Shown: positions 49,916 through 60,033, numbered from the stretch's first letter. The stretch: DNA of 64,000 nt from Snowella sp. (GCA_035285545.1 JAYKGY010000104.1:64001-128000); one strand, 5' to 3'. Notes: generated by a model from the sequence alone, not told the origin. Translations and numbers: made by a program.

Positions 49916-50580
49916 TGGCTACTACTAAACCTTCGGGCGCAATTCAATCTAAACAAGTATTATTAGTAGAAGGATTGAACGATCAGCACGTTATTTGGAA
50001 TTTAGCAGAAAAATACAAAATTGCTGAAACATTTTCTGTAGACATACCTAAAAACGGTGGCATATCATCCGCATTTGAAAGATTCCGAGTTGGACTTAAA
50101 CAACAGAAGGTTAAAACGTTAGGAATTGTAATTGATGCCGATCAAGATATCGATGCACGATGGCAGGCAATTAAAAATATTTTGAGCAAGGCAAACTGTC
50201 AGGAGATTCCTGAAAAACCACCATCAGGAGGATGGGTTCAAGAATTATCTCAAGAATTAGAATTACCAAGACTAGGCGTTTGGCTAATGCCTGACAATCA
50301 ATCCTCTGGAATGTTAGAAGATTTTGTTCTTAACCTCATTTCTCCTGATGACCTCTTGTTAGCAAAAGCAAAATCTATAATTCATGAAATTGAACAAGAA
50401 AATTTGAATCAATATAAAGACTCTTACCGTTCCAAAGTTCTAATTCATACATGGTTAGCATGGCAAGAAAAGCCAGGGCAGCCTATGGGACAAGCAATCA
50501 AAAAAATACTACAGGTTGATAATGCGATCGCGGCTAAATTTGTGGACTGGCTAAATCAATTATTCAATCCCACAGAATAA
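49915..50580 (+). CDS. DUF3226-like protein, TOPRIM-like putative nuclease partner of the ATPase
   Basis: LLVEGLND, GIVIDAD, GVWLMPDN..SGMLEDF; TGATG coupling to the ATPase stop. Confidence 0.8.
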   Translation: MATTKPSGAIQSKQVLLVEGLNDQHVIWNLAEKYKIAETFSVDIPKNGGISSAFERFRVGLKQQKVKTLGIVIDADQDIDARWQAIKNILSKANCQEIPEKPPSGGWVQELSQELELPRLGVWLMPDNQSSGMLEDFVLNLISPDDLLLAKAKSIIHEIEQENLNQYKDSYRSKVLIHTWLAWQEKPGQPMGQAIKKILQVDNAIAAKFVDWLNQLFNPTE

Positions 50581-50583
50581 ATC

Positions 50584-51132
50584 TCAAGATTGCTGTAATT
50601 CCGTTAATCGAGCCAAGACTTCTGTGCTGTGAACCGCAGGTTGTACCCCTAGAAAACGTTCCCGTAAAATACCATCGGGATCAATTAGATAGGTATGGCG
50701 CATCGACATTCCTCCTAACCAAGAACCGTAGGCTTTGCTGACCTCTCCTGTTGTATCGGCGAGTAACGGAAACTTTAAGCCCTCAGAATCACAAAACTCA
50801 GCATGACTATCCACATCATCCACACTCACCCCTAAAATTTGAGTATTTTTCGCCACGTACTTCGGTAAGTCTTGTTGAAAACGTTTCGCCTCTAGGGTAC
50901 AGCCCGATGTAAAGTCCTTGGGATAAAAATAGAGAACAACCCATTGACCGCGATAGTCAGATAAAGAGATTTCACCGTCCCCGCTATTCGTCGGTAGGGT
51001 AAAGCTAGGGGCGGCTTGATTTAAAGGGGGTTGAGTGCCGCCTAATGCCCAAACTGGCGCGATCGCTAACACACCGTAAACAACCGTTAAAACGAGACTA
51101 AACAAAAAAGACAACAGTATTCGACGTGACAT
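50584..51132 (-). CDS. bcp: Peroxiredoxin (BCP/PrxQ) with N-terminal signal peptide
   Basis: VVLYFYPKDFTSGCTLEA, GVSVD, FPLLAD, RHTYLIDPDG. Confidence 0.92.
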   Translation of the reverse strand: MSRRILLSFLFSLVLTVVYGVLAIAPVWALGGTQPPLNQAAPSFTLPTNSGDGEISLSDYRGQWVVLYFYPKDFTSGCTLEAKRFQQDLPKYVAKNTQILGVSVDDVDSHAEFCDSEGLKFPLLADTTGEVSKAYGSWLGGMSMRHTYLIDPDGILRERFLGVQPAVHSTEVLARLTELQQS

Positions 51133-51297
51133 AAATACAATATTCCTTTGTAGTTTAATTACAATCAGCTAAAAAATTTAACAATTGGGACTGTAAATCT
51201 TAATATTTTCTTAATCTATATTTACAATCCGCAATATAACTTGTTATATAATACAGCGTCAGATAGATTTCTTTTTTTAATAATAAAATCATTACTA

Positions 51298-51456
51298 ATG
51301 GCTACTCAATCCCCGACCGCAACCTTAACCAAGCAACCCTATCAAGCCGCTCAACAAGTTGAATATCTTTATTTAGAAGCTGAAATCGATGTTTTATTAC
51401 GTCAGTTGCAATCTTTGAAATCCCAAAAAGTCGAAGCCGTTGCTAGCGCGAATTAG
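51298..51456 (+). CDS. Small hypothetical protein
   Basis: MATQSPTATLTKQPYQAAQQVEYLYLEAEIDVLLRQLQSLK...; helical pattern; AT-rich promoter-like region upstream. Confidence 0.6.
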   Translation: MATQSPTATLTKQPYQAAQQVEYLYLEAEIDVLLRQLQSLKSQKVEAVASAN

Positions 51457-52783
51457 TCGGTAATTGGCAGGAAGTCGGCAGATCGACGGTAAAGATCGTT
51501 CCTTGATGGAGTTTACTATCCACACTGATTTTTCCCTGATGATTTTCAGCAATTACTTGAGCGATCGCTAATCCTAATCCGGTGCCCCTAGCGGTTTGAT
51601 GACTGCGAGCCGGATCAACTCGATAGAAACGGTCGAAAATATGGGGTAAATTCTTTTCAGGAATCCCCTCCCCGGTATCTTGGACAGTGATATGGAGATA
51701 GCAGGCGCGATCGCGTTTAATTCGTTTCAATGTAACCGTTACCGTTGCAGGTTTGTCCTGACGCGGTTTCGTATATTCCAAGGCATTACTGATCAAATTG
51801 GTAAATAAACGTGCGAGTTGATCCCAATCTCCAACTAACGTAAATAATTCCGCATCGCTTTGTCGTTGCCCTGACTGACCTTCTTCAATATTCAGTGTTA
51901 ACCCAATCCCCTTTTGTTCTGCGGTTAAGCGTTGCTCTTCCATCACTTCTAGCAGGAGCGCGTCTAGGGGAACAGGTTTCGCATCTAGTTGCACGGTTTC
52001 ACTATCGGAACGGGCTAAAAATAACAAATCATTCACCAAATTGCCTAAGCGTTGGGTTAATCGCTCAATCACTTTTAACTGTTGCTGTTGGCGTTCAGGT
52101 TCCGCTTCAGGATAGGCCAACGACATTTGCACATTGGTTTGAATAACCGCAATGGGATTCCGCAACTCATGGGAGGCATCGGCAGTAAATTGTTTTAAGC
52201 GTTGATAGGCTTCCTTAATGGGCTGAATGGCCAAACCTGATAAAAACCAACCGATCGCCGCCACACTACTAACCATGACAATCAAGCCAATTCCTAAATC
52301 CACAATTAACTGCTGAATGGGTTTGGTGACTTCAAACCAGGGATGACTAACCCGTAAATAACCTAAAATCTGATGATTGCGTTCAATGCGTTCTGTCACC
52401 TGTCGCAGTTGGCGATCGCGGGAAAAAGAAACCGTTTCTATTCGTTTATTTAAATTCAAAGAAACTTCAGGAAAATCGCTGAAGGTTGACCACAATAACT
52501 GACCATCGGGGCTAAACCATTCCAAATCAATGTGATCATCTTCTACGCTGTCTGCATTATCCCGAAAACTCGCCGCCACATTGAGACGATAACCATTTTT
52601 ACTAATGGGTTGAATGACCAAAGAGCGATTAACCACCTCGACAACGTGCTTAAGTGTATCGTCAATTCTTTCGACTAGGGTATGACGGACATAAAAGTAA
52701 ACTCCTGTCATAAATAGCAGCAAGAGAATGGCAGTAATAGTCGTGTACCAGAAGGCTAGACGAAGACGGGTCGCTTGAAACAT
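51443..52783 (-). CDS. Sensor histidine kinase, probably ManS/Hik27-like
   Basis: Two TMs; FTADASHELRNP, NLISNALEY, DTGEGI, FDRFYR, GTGLGLAI. Orthology is from memory of the N-terminus only. Confidence 0.9.
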   Translation of the reverse strand: MFQATRLRLAFWYTTITAILLLLFMTGVYFYVRHTLVERIDDTLKHVVEVVNRSLVIQPISKNGYRLNVAASFRDNADSVEDDHIDLEWFSPDGQLLWSTFSDFPEVSLNLNKRIETVSFSRDRQLRQVTERIERNHQILGYLRVSHPWFEVTKPIQQLIVDLGIGLIVMVSSVAAIGWFLSGLAIQPIKEAYQRLKQFTADASHELRNPIAVIQTNVQMSLAYPEAEPERQQQQLKVIERLTQRLGNLVNDLLFLARSDSETVQLDAKPVPLDALLLEVMEEQRLTAEQKGIGLTLNIEEGQSGQRQSDAELFTLVGDWDQLARLFTNLISNALEYTKPRQDKPATVTVTLKRIKRDRACYLHITVQDTGEGIPEKNLPHIFDRFYRVDPARSHQTARGTGLGLAIAQVIAENHQGKISVDSKLHQGTIFTVDLPTSCQLPTNSR

Positions 52784-52786
52784 AAT

Positions 52787-53614
52787 TTAAATAGAAGATA
52801 ACAGGCTAGGATTGAGCCACCGTAAAATTTCCGATTTCAACTTCTGTAAATCTTTGGAAAAAGACTCTTTCATCCATTGCCCAACCGCATCAAAGGGAGA
52901 AAAAACCTCGCCTGCTTGCCAGTTAATTTCCTGTCCCAAGGGCGTTAAATGATTACCAGGCAAAGTCCGAAATGCAATCATATTGTTAAACCGCTTCTGC
53001 AAAATAGGATTCAGCGTTAAGGTCTGATCAATGTCATCATTGGTAAATTTAATCAGTAAATTACGGCGAATTTGGTAACGCTGGCTGATTAAATCCGTGG
53101 TTTCTTCAGGAGAGGGCGAAAATTCCAGATTAAAATCCGTATTGATATCAAATTGTTGCTTCAAAGACCCCAACCATTTATCTAACTCTAATTGGGCTAA
53201 TTGTTCTGCTAACGGGATAGCCCGACGAACGGGATAATTATTAAAGGAAATTAAAATATTGCCCGCCCTTTCGACCCCGTATAAACTGCCAATTAGCAAA
53301 TGCAATTTACAGCCCATACTATGACCAATCCCATAAATCGGCAGATAGCCCGTCGGTAAAAGGTTCCTGAGTTGTAAGCGTTCCACAATATTTTCAAAGC
53401 GATTTAAGACACTCCGCGCGATCGCGGTATGGTCGAGGGTATTCACAAAAGGCGTGGCAATAATGGCGTAACCCTGTTTTCCCAGTTCAGCCAAAAGCCA
53501 ACGATAGGTCACACTGGGAGCCGTCCCCACAAAAGCCCCCCCTAAAAAATGCACGATCGCGATGGGTTGTCGGGGAATTAAAACCCAACTGCCGGAAATT
53601 TCTTGCCATTCCAT
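52787..53614 (-). CDS. DUF1350 family alpha/beta hydrolase-like protein
   Basis: HFLGGAFVG.AP..TY, GHSMGCKLH, GNHLTP. Confidence 0.9.
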   Translation of the reverse strand: MEWQEISGSWVLIPRQPIAIVHFLGGAFVGTAPSVTYRWLLAELGKQGYAIIATPFVNTLDHTAIARSVLNRFENIVERLQLRNLLPTGYLPIYGIGHSMGCKLHLLIGSLYGVERAGNILISFNNYPVRRAIPLAEQLAQLELDKWLGSLKQQFDINTDFNLEFSPSPEETTDLISQRYQIRRNLLIKFTNDDIDQTLTLNPILQKRFNNMIAFRTLPGNHLTPLGQEINWQAGEVFSPFDAVGQWMKESFSKDLQKLKSEILRWLNPSLLSSI

Positions 53615-53649
53615 AATGAAATCGCTAGGTTACTACACTGATCAGTTTG

Positions 53650-54600
53650 TTATTCATTAACTATGTTATGGGGAATCCTGTTCTCTTGCTTGGGATCTAT
53701 CACCAGAGCTTCAGGAGGCGGACAGACAAAGGTTAAAACTTGGTTCGTAACCGGATGACAAAATTGTAATTGGTGAGCATGGAGCCAATAGCCACAATCC
53801 CCAGGAACAGGTAATTGCCCATTGAGATAATCTGTTTTAGCAATACCTCCCACTCCATAAAGGGGATCACCTAAGAGCGGATAGCCCATCGCGGCTAAAT
53901 GAATGCGGATTTGGTGGGGTCTTCCCGTCAAAATGCTAATTTCTAATAGGGTTGTGTTTGGGGTTCTTTGTAACACTCGACCTTCACTTCGGGCAAATTT
54001 TCCGCTTGGAGTCGCTGCGTAAAGATAACCCAAGGTGGGATGGGCAACTTTTCCAATGGGCTGATCAACGATAAATTCGTCAGGTAACTCACTTTTTCCA
54101 ATTAAGGCTCGATAAACTTTCTGAATTCGGCGATCGCGCATTTGTTGACTCAGATTCGCTCTAGCCAAAGGCGATCGGGCAATTAGCATTAAGCCAGAGG
54201 TTCCCCGCCCTAGCCGATGAATAGGAACAGGATTTTCGTCAGGGTAGTGTTTTTGCAGTTGAAACAGGAGGGTATGTTCTAGAAATCCGCCGCCAGGTAA
54301 AACGGGCAAACCCGAAGGCTTAGCAACAATTAATAAATCTGCATCTTCATACAATATTTCAAAATTTAAAGGAACATCGGGTTCCTGCCAGGGCGATCGC
54401 GCATAGGTGAGTCTTTGCCCTTTTTCTAAAACCGTTTCAGGGAAAGCTTTTTTCCCATTGACTAAAATTTGTTGATTGATAATGCGACTGTGCCATTCTG
54501 TGCGGCTAGAGTGGGGATAGTGTAGGCAATAATAATCCAGAAGCGTTTGCCCTGCGCCTTGATGATTAACCGTTTCTCGATATGTCCAACCCTGGTTCAT
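53650..54600 (-). CDS. RluA family RNA pseudouridine synthase
   Basis: KPSGLPV, HRLGRGTSG, TGRPHQIRIH, GDPLY, LHAHQL. Likely start MNQGW. Confidence 0.9.
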   Translation of the reverse strand: MNQGWTYRETVNHQGAGQTLLDYYCLHYPHSSRTEWHSRIINQQILVNGKKAFPETVLEKGQRLTYARSPWQEPDVPLNFEILYEDADLLIVAKPSGLPVLPGGGFLEHTLLFQLQKHYPDENPVPIHRLGRGTSGLMLIARSPLARANLSQQMRDRRIQKVYRALIGKSELPDEFIVDQPIGKVAHPTLGYLYAATPSGKFARSEGRVLQRTPNTTLLEISILTGRPHQIRIHLAAMGYPLLGDPLYGVGGIAKTDYLNGQLPVPGDCGYWLHAHQLQFCHPVTNQVLTFVCPPPEALVIDPKQENRIPHNIVNE

Positions 54601-54839
54601 CTGCCGCGATCGCTGTCTCTCATCCCCATCAGATTCAAGGGTCATCAAAATCCCCATAAACAGGGAGACTGTGAACCCAGATTTTCAGTAAATATTCATT
54701 TTATGGTGAAAATGAAAAATTTTTTACTATTCTCTCTTCCCTTAAGCAACTTTTCAAACACGCTCTTCGGAATGATAACAAAAAGGATCCTAGTTTTCCA
54801 AGACAGTGTTTTTTGTACTGTACCGAAAAGAAAGCCAAT

Positions 54840-55589
54840 TTAACGTTTGAAAACAATCAACCCTAGTAGCAATAGCATCACAGTAAGCGCAGTTATCCAG
54901 ATACTCGGAGTGTCGTTGTTGCGTAACGCGATCGCCCCATAAGCCCAAACAAAAACCAAGACGAAAGGGACATCCCGTAACATCACGGCAATGCTGCCTG
55001 CCAACAGACCGCCCACCACTAACAGGATTGCTGTCCAGATTACGCTGCTTAAGCCCCAACCATCCCAACCAGCAACGTATAGAGCACTAGCTACATTCAC
55101 GATAGTTGCGACTGAGATCCATGCCGTGTAGACGCTAAAAGGAATTTGTACTAGCCAGCGTTGCTTCCAAGAAACTCGACTCTCACCAATGCCGAGATTT
55201 GTGTAGATGCTAAGCAAAGACAGCAAAATTACCAGCATCAGAACAATCGAAAGAGAAAAAAGTTTGAGAGTAAAACAGAAAATCCAAATGATTTGGGCAA
55301 CACAAGCTACAATGAGCAACTTATTCGTGCGCCAAAAGTTTGGATCACGCTGTTGGGCTGGCTGCAACTGGTAGATACCGTAGGCAATCAATCCGACATA
55401 GATCAACCCCCAAATGCTAAAGGCGTAGTTAGCTGGAGTAATTAACACGCCTGCGAGCAGCGTATTGGAGATTTCTCCAACGTTCTGTCCATCAGGGGGA
55501 AAGAGACTTGAAAGGGTGTTAACCAGTAAAGTAGCAATAATAGCGGTAAGCGTTGTGAGGGCAAGGCTTCGCCTAGATAAATTATGCAT
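54840..55589 (-). CDS. TspO/MBR-like tryptophan-rich membrane protein
   Basis: ITPANYAFSIWGLIY, PFSVY.AWISVATIVN; multiple TM helices. Confidence 0.8.
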   Translation of the reverse strand: MHNLSRRSLALTTLTAIIATLLVNTLSSLFPPDGQNVGEISNTLLAGVLITPANYAFSIWGLIYVGLIAYGIYQLQPAQQRDPNFWRTNKLLIVACVAQIIWIFCFTLKLFSLSIVLMLVILLSLLSIYTNLGIGESRVSWKQRWLVQIPFSVYTAWISVATIVNVASALYVAGWDGWGLSSVIWTAILLVVGGLLAGSIAVMLRDVPFVLVFVWAYGAIALRNNDTPSIWITALTVMLLLLGLIVFKR

Positions 55590-55769
55590 AATTTAGACTG
55601 AATTTGCTTCCTTTCAATCTTAGAACACTGTCAAGCAAGTATCGATAAAAGCAAGATTAAACAAGACTTGGCGAAAAAGAGAAAATCTGGGTTAAGTAGG
55701 AAAAAAGAAGAAACCCAACAACATGACAAGTCACAATCAGAGAAATACTACCAAATTCTCTTTTTTTGT

Positions 55770-56492
55770 CTAGGGTTTGGGGGCGATTTCAATACTCTCA
55801 CGCTGACTACGCCCTTCAATTTGATTAACTTCATGGATAACTCTCACTTTAGCGGCTGTGAGATGTTCTGCAATTGCCGCACTGGCTTCTGCTGGATTCC
55901 CTTGCGCGACGGCTTCATAAATGCGGCGGTGTTCAACCCGAACTTCCAAAACATCGGGATTATGTTTCATCGTCTGAATTCGCAGTAGCAGCATTTTGTC
56001 GAAAACCTGCTCCAGGAGAGATACTAACCAGGGATTTCCCGAACTCTGGGCTAAAAGCCGATGGAATTGATAATCTAAGTCCAATAACTCTAAATGGGGA
56101 TTGGCGCGATCGGGGCGAGAGGCTTCTTCTGCCTTAATCACTAACGTGTTCAACCCGTGTAACTGCTCTGATGTCGCCCGAATGGCAGCCCCTTGAACGG
56201 ACAATTGCTCTAGGGCAATACGGCAATCATAGAGTTGAGCCGCATCGGTAGGAGAGATTTTAGCGACTCGCAAGACCCCGTTCCCATCGACTTGTGCCAA
56301 ATTTTCATGTTCGAGTAACCCGATCGCTTCTCGAATGGGAGTTCTACTCACCTGAAAACGCTGGGCAAGTTGGGTTTCCACAAGCCGTTCCCCCGACACC
56401 ATTTCTCCCGACAGAATGGCAGAGCGTAATGCCTGATAAGCACGTTGTTGAAGGGTTTGCTGACGTTGAAGCGGACGGGAAGAAAGGGTCAA
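55770..56492 (-). CDS. GntR family regulator with FCD domain
   Basis: GERLVETQLA..F.VSRTPIREA; FH..L...SGN; EH..I. Confidence 0.93.
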   Translation of the reverse strand: MTLSSRPLQRQQTLQQRAYQALRSAILSGEMVSGERLVETQLAQRFQVSRTPIREAIGLLEHENLAQVDGNGVLRVAKISPTDAAQLYDCRIALEQLSVQGAAIRATSEQLHGLNTLVIKAEEASRPDRANPHLELLDLDYQFHRLLAQSSGNPWLVSLLEQVFDKMLLLRIQTMKHNPDVLEVRVEHRRIYEAVAQGNPAEASAAIAEHLTAAKVRVIHEVNQIEGRSQRESIEIAPKP

Positions 56493-56665
56493 AACACAAC
56501 TCCTGACAATGCTTGACTAGAAAGGATGTTGTATTAAACATTAGCAAAAAATCGGCATTGCTGAATTACAGTAGGGGTTGGGAGCATTCACTTCTCAATG
56601 GCTTCAGGTGCTAGCTTGTTGCTGTTCGTTCAATTGATCAAAAGCCTTAACCCTTAAAACTTGTC

Positions 56666-57019
56666 CTACATGCGAGAAAGGGCTTTGATTTTAGAAATTT
56701 TATCTTGATCTAATCCTTCCAAATCTTCGGGTAAAAGCCAGCCTTCTTTCATTAAATCGGAAAAAACAAAAATTAACGCCGAGTAACGATAGTCATATTT
56801 TCCATCAATCTGATGTCGCTTGGCATTTAAATAATCGTTGAGCTTCCAGACGGAATCGATGTCTTGTATTTCTGGGGCGTGTTGATTAATGTATTGAACT
56901 AAGCCTTGGGTTTCGCGATCGTAGGCTTTTTTAAATGCTTGCTCGGCAATTGATTTTTCTGAAATTGACCAGGTATTTTCACTCACGGTTTTTTTAAAAG
57001 CGTTAAGGTTTAACTTCAC
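56666..57019 (-). CDS. frp: Fluorescence recovery protein
   Basis: WS..EK..A..AF..AY.RE, W.L.DYL.AKRH.IDGKYD, L.GL..DK..KI; directly after ocp. Start uncertain. Confidence 0.93.
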   Translation of the reverse strand: MKLNLNAFKKTVSENTWSISEKSIAEQAFKKAYDRETQGLVQYINQHAPEIQDIDSVWKLNDYLNAKRHQIDGKYDYRYSALIFVFSDLMKEGWLLPEDLEGLDQDKISKIKALSRM

Positions 57020-57036
57020 CTAGAATTTTATCAAAA

Positions 57037-57054
57037 AATGTAACAAAATGTAAC
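57037..57054 (-). promoter_or_regulatory. HLR1 (RpaB-binding) element upstream of frp
   Basis: Minus strand GTTACATT-TT-GTTACATT is an exact match to (G/T)TTACA(T/A)(T/A)-N2 direct repeat consensus. Confidence 0.7.
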
Positions 57055-57188
57055 GAAATATTCTCATTTAATAACAATCAATAAAAAACGCACCTTACTC
57101 GACCATCCGGCAAAAATAAAATGCGTTAAAAATTGATTGAAATTTAGGTAACAAAAAGTGCACTAAAAACTGACTGTTCAGACATTAA

Positions 57189-58151
57189 TTAACGTCGAAC
57201 GAGGTTTAACAGTTCTTTCGGAGACGCTAATAAATCGATCGCCACAAAGAAGACTTGATTGTCAGGATTGAGCAAGAAACGCCAAGCGATATTCATGCCG
57301 ACACCGGCACCAAACCAGGGCGTTTGAACCTTACCTGTAACTTTAATTTGCGTAAAGCCATCACTTGTCGGCTCAACGACACCCCGCTCAGGAATGAGTT
57401 TGAGGTTTTGACACTCCTCTTTAAAGAATTTGAGGATGGCTTCTTTTCCGACAATAGGACGTTGGAAAGGGGGTTGCAGGGCACCATCAGGGGTAAATAA
57501 CCCAATTAATGCCTCAAAATCGTTAGCATTTAAGTTATCCATGTAACTTAATACGGTTGCATTGGTTACGCCCTCAATAGAAACCTTCGTCCGTTTGGAA
57601 ATTTCAGTCGGAGCCACAACGGGTTCAGCAACGGTTTTGTAGTTGCCCAATTGATTGGGATCAAACCCAAGATCCACAACCGCGTTGCGTAAAACGGTAA
57701 TTTGTTGACCCGCTTCTAATTCTCGGATCGCTTGTAAAACAGCCGCCGCATTGGCTGACAGTTGATAACCTTCGGGAATAGGCGCAACGGTTCCTTCTTC
57801 CATCCATTCCCCTAGTTGATACCAGAAGCCTAATTTAATGTTGGCACTCCAAACCGCATAGGTGCGACAGATCGGGGTGTCGGCATTATTGGCCAAATCG
57901 CACATTACTTGGGTTTGCTCACGGGGAGACATTTTGCGAATCGAGTTTAAGGTAGCTTCCGCCAAAATCATGCTGGCTGCCCCCGGTGCAGCAATGGTAA
58001 TCGATTGTCCCATCTCTAGATAAGCAAACCAGATTAACGCTAGTTTATCTTCAGCATTGAGTTGCTTAAATCGAGCGATCGTTGCTGGTACGGCATCAGC
58101 AGCCAATGTCTCAGGGAAAATACTGCGAGCCGAATCAATCGTAAATGGCAT
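57189..58151 (-). CDS. ocp: Orange carotenoid protein
   Basis: MPFTIDSARSIFP, LIWFAY, KLGFWY, KVQTPWFG, AIDLLASPKELLN. Confidence 0.98.
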   Translation of the reverse strand: MPFTIDSARSIFPETLAADAVPATIARFKQLNAEDKLALIWFAYLEMGQSITIAAPGAASMILAEATLNSIRKMSPREQTQVMCDLANNADTPICRTYAVWSANIKLGFWYQLGEWMEEGTVAPIPEGYQLSANAAAVLQAIRELEAGQQITVLRNAVVDLGFDPNQLGNYKTVAEPVVAPTEISKRTKVSIEGVTNATVLSYMDNLNANDFEALIGLFTPDGALQPPFQRPIVGKEAILKFFKEECQNLKLIPERGVVEPTSDGFTQIKVTGKVQTPWFGAGVGMNIAWRFLLNPDNQVFFVAIDLLASPKELLNLVRR

Positions 58152-58183
58152 AATGTCAACCTTTAGCTACATTTCTTCAATAA

Positions 58184-58201
58184 ATCTTAACATAAAGTAA
58201 C
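58184..58201 (-). promoter_or_regulatory. Degenerate HLR1-like element upstream of ocp
   Basis: Minus strand GTTACTTT-AT-GTTAAGAT. Confidence 0.4.
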
Positions 58202-58611
58202 AATTTTTTACATAAAGCTGATAAAAGTTTCAAATCAGTCCTATAAGTTTTTGTGCAAAAGAGAGTTTTTGTCCATCTGGATAGGGACTTTTCGGACTAA
58301 TTCAAGCTTAACAATGGGTTGGCGGGGAATTGATGCGAATCCTTGCAAGAATGGGCGGGAACTTTTTCGGGGTTGCAATTGTCTGCTTTTAGCCCTAAAG
58401 TACATACAGTTAATGCAAGGGTTATGCTTGAGGCGGCTTGTTTTTTGCTAAATCGCCCTATTCTCTAGTCCAATTGCCAAATCGTACCGCCAGAATTGAC
58501 GCGATCGCCGACCTTCGGGTGAGCGAAGAGGCAAGTATAGATAAACGCCCTGACCCTTAGCAATTTACCGATAAGGAAATTTGATCTCGTTCAGAAACAG
58601 TTCTTACAATT

Positions 58612-60033
58612 ATGTTGCCGTTACTTCCATCGTTCATGGTTGCCCAGATTGTTACCGCCCCGCCCCCTATCACTGAGCAACAGTTTTTAACACAAACCCA
58701 AGAAATACGAAGTTTACCAGGCAAGCTAAATGAAGTTCCTGTTTTCAACAGTAATAGCCCAGAAATCGTGCAAACGGAAGGAATTTTACTCTCCACTTTT
58801 CCGGCTGAGGGGAAGCGCGAACCGAGGGCCCATCTCAATAAACCCCTAAAGGGTCGTTTTGATATCTTTACCCATCATATTTCTCGACCCATTGGTACCA
58901 ATAGAACCTTGTATCAAGGGCTGATCGTTGAAAATCCGACGGATCAATTTGTAACGGTGAGAGTATTGCAGGGAGCGAGTTATCTGACTTCTCCTGATGC
59001 ACCGTTCATTGATTTACCGCCTAGCGTGGAAGATCCCTATGGGCAGGTTTTTTCTGGGCCAGGTTCCCGTTTGATGAATGATATTCTCCGGGGCTATAGC
59101 CAGCCCAAATTCCCCCGCATTGTCACTATTCCGCCAAGGGAAAGCACGATACTGTTTAATTTACCGATTAATCGCAGCAGTGCCCGCTCTACCTACCTCC
59201 GGGTCGAAAGTAGTGGCCCGGTATATCTCGCTAATTTGGCGATGTTTGCGGTTCCAGAGATGCCCCCTGAAGAGATGGCGACAACCGAGAATCAACCGGC
59301 TCCCCCCCTAAGGTTTCGGGAACCTAGCTTGGATGATTGGCGCGGTCTGTTAGCCGGCGGTCGGTTGGTTTACCCTAGAGACAGGGTTCCGACTCCCCCT
59401 GAAAAAATTAATCCAAATGCTCCCAATCGGCCGATCTATGGACGGGTTGCAGGGGTTTCCTTGGGCAGTGAGTGGAAAACAAAGTTAGTCGATAGTCCCA
59501 AGTCTAATTATTTAAGTATTCCTGATCGGGGCAAGGCCTTTTCTTATCCGTTAAGCACGGTGACGGTGGGAACCCAGGGGACACAACAAATTCAAAGTGC
59601 TCCGATGTTGGCTCGGTATCCAGATACGGCTTATTTGGCCCACGGAAACTATGGGGTTCATTATCAATTGACCTTACCCCTGCGTAATCGGACTTCTACA
59701 AAGCAAAGTGTCAGTATTGCGCTGCAAACACCGATTAAACAGGATCAATACAGCGATCGCCTCTTTTTTGTCCCCCGCCCAACGGGTCAGGTCTTTTTCC
59801 GAGGGACGGTGAGAGTGAGTTATATTGACGACCGCGGCCAAAGTCAGAATCGTTATTTTCATATCACGCAACGACAGGGGCAAATGGGAGATCCGCTCAT
59901 TATGCTCAATTTATCGCCAGGGGAACAACGGCAAGTGATGTTAGATTTCCTCTATCCGCCTGATGCAACCCCTCCCCAAGTTGTCACGGTGAGAACCGAA
60001 CAATTATTTTATGGAACGAGTTTGAGAAATTAG
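58612..60033 (+). CDS. DUF3370 family protein
   Basis: PVFNSNSPE...GILLSTFP, GRFDIF.HH, YGRVAGVS.GS.W, AHGNYGV.Y, YPPDATPPQV. Confidence 0.85.
   Translation: MLPLLPSFMVAQIVTAPPPITEQQFLTQTQEIRSLPGKLNEVPVFNSNSPEIVQTEGILLSTFPAEGKREPRAHLNKPLKGRFDIFTHHISRPIGTNRTLYQGLIVENPTDQFVTVRVLQGASYLTSPDAPFIDLPPSVEDPYGQVFSGPGSRLMNDILRGYSQPKFPRIVTIPPRESTILFNLPINRSSARSTYLRVESSGPVYLANLAMFAVPEMPPEEMATTENQPAPPLRFREPSLDDWRGLLAGGRLVYPRDRVPTPPEKINPNAPNRPIYGRVAGVSLGSEWKTKLVDSPKSNYLSIPDRGKAFSYPLSTVTVGTQGTQQIQSAPMLARYPDTAYLAHGNYGVHYQLTLPLRNRTSTKQSVSIALQTPIKQDQYSDRLFFVPRPTGQVFFRGTVRVSYIDDRGQSQNRYFHITQRQGQMGDPLIMLNLSPGEQRQVMLDFLYPPDATPPQVVTVRTEQLFYGTSLRN

Noticed and set aside
51151..51163. GTA...TAC palindrome upstream of bcp (and a similar one upstream of ocp) as NtcA sites
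   Set aside because: Spacing is N7 and N9, not the N8 of GTA-N8-TAC.
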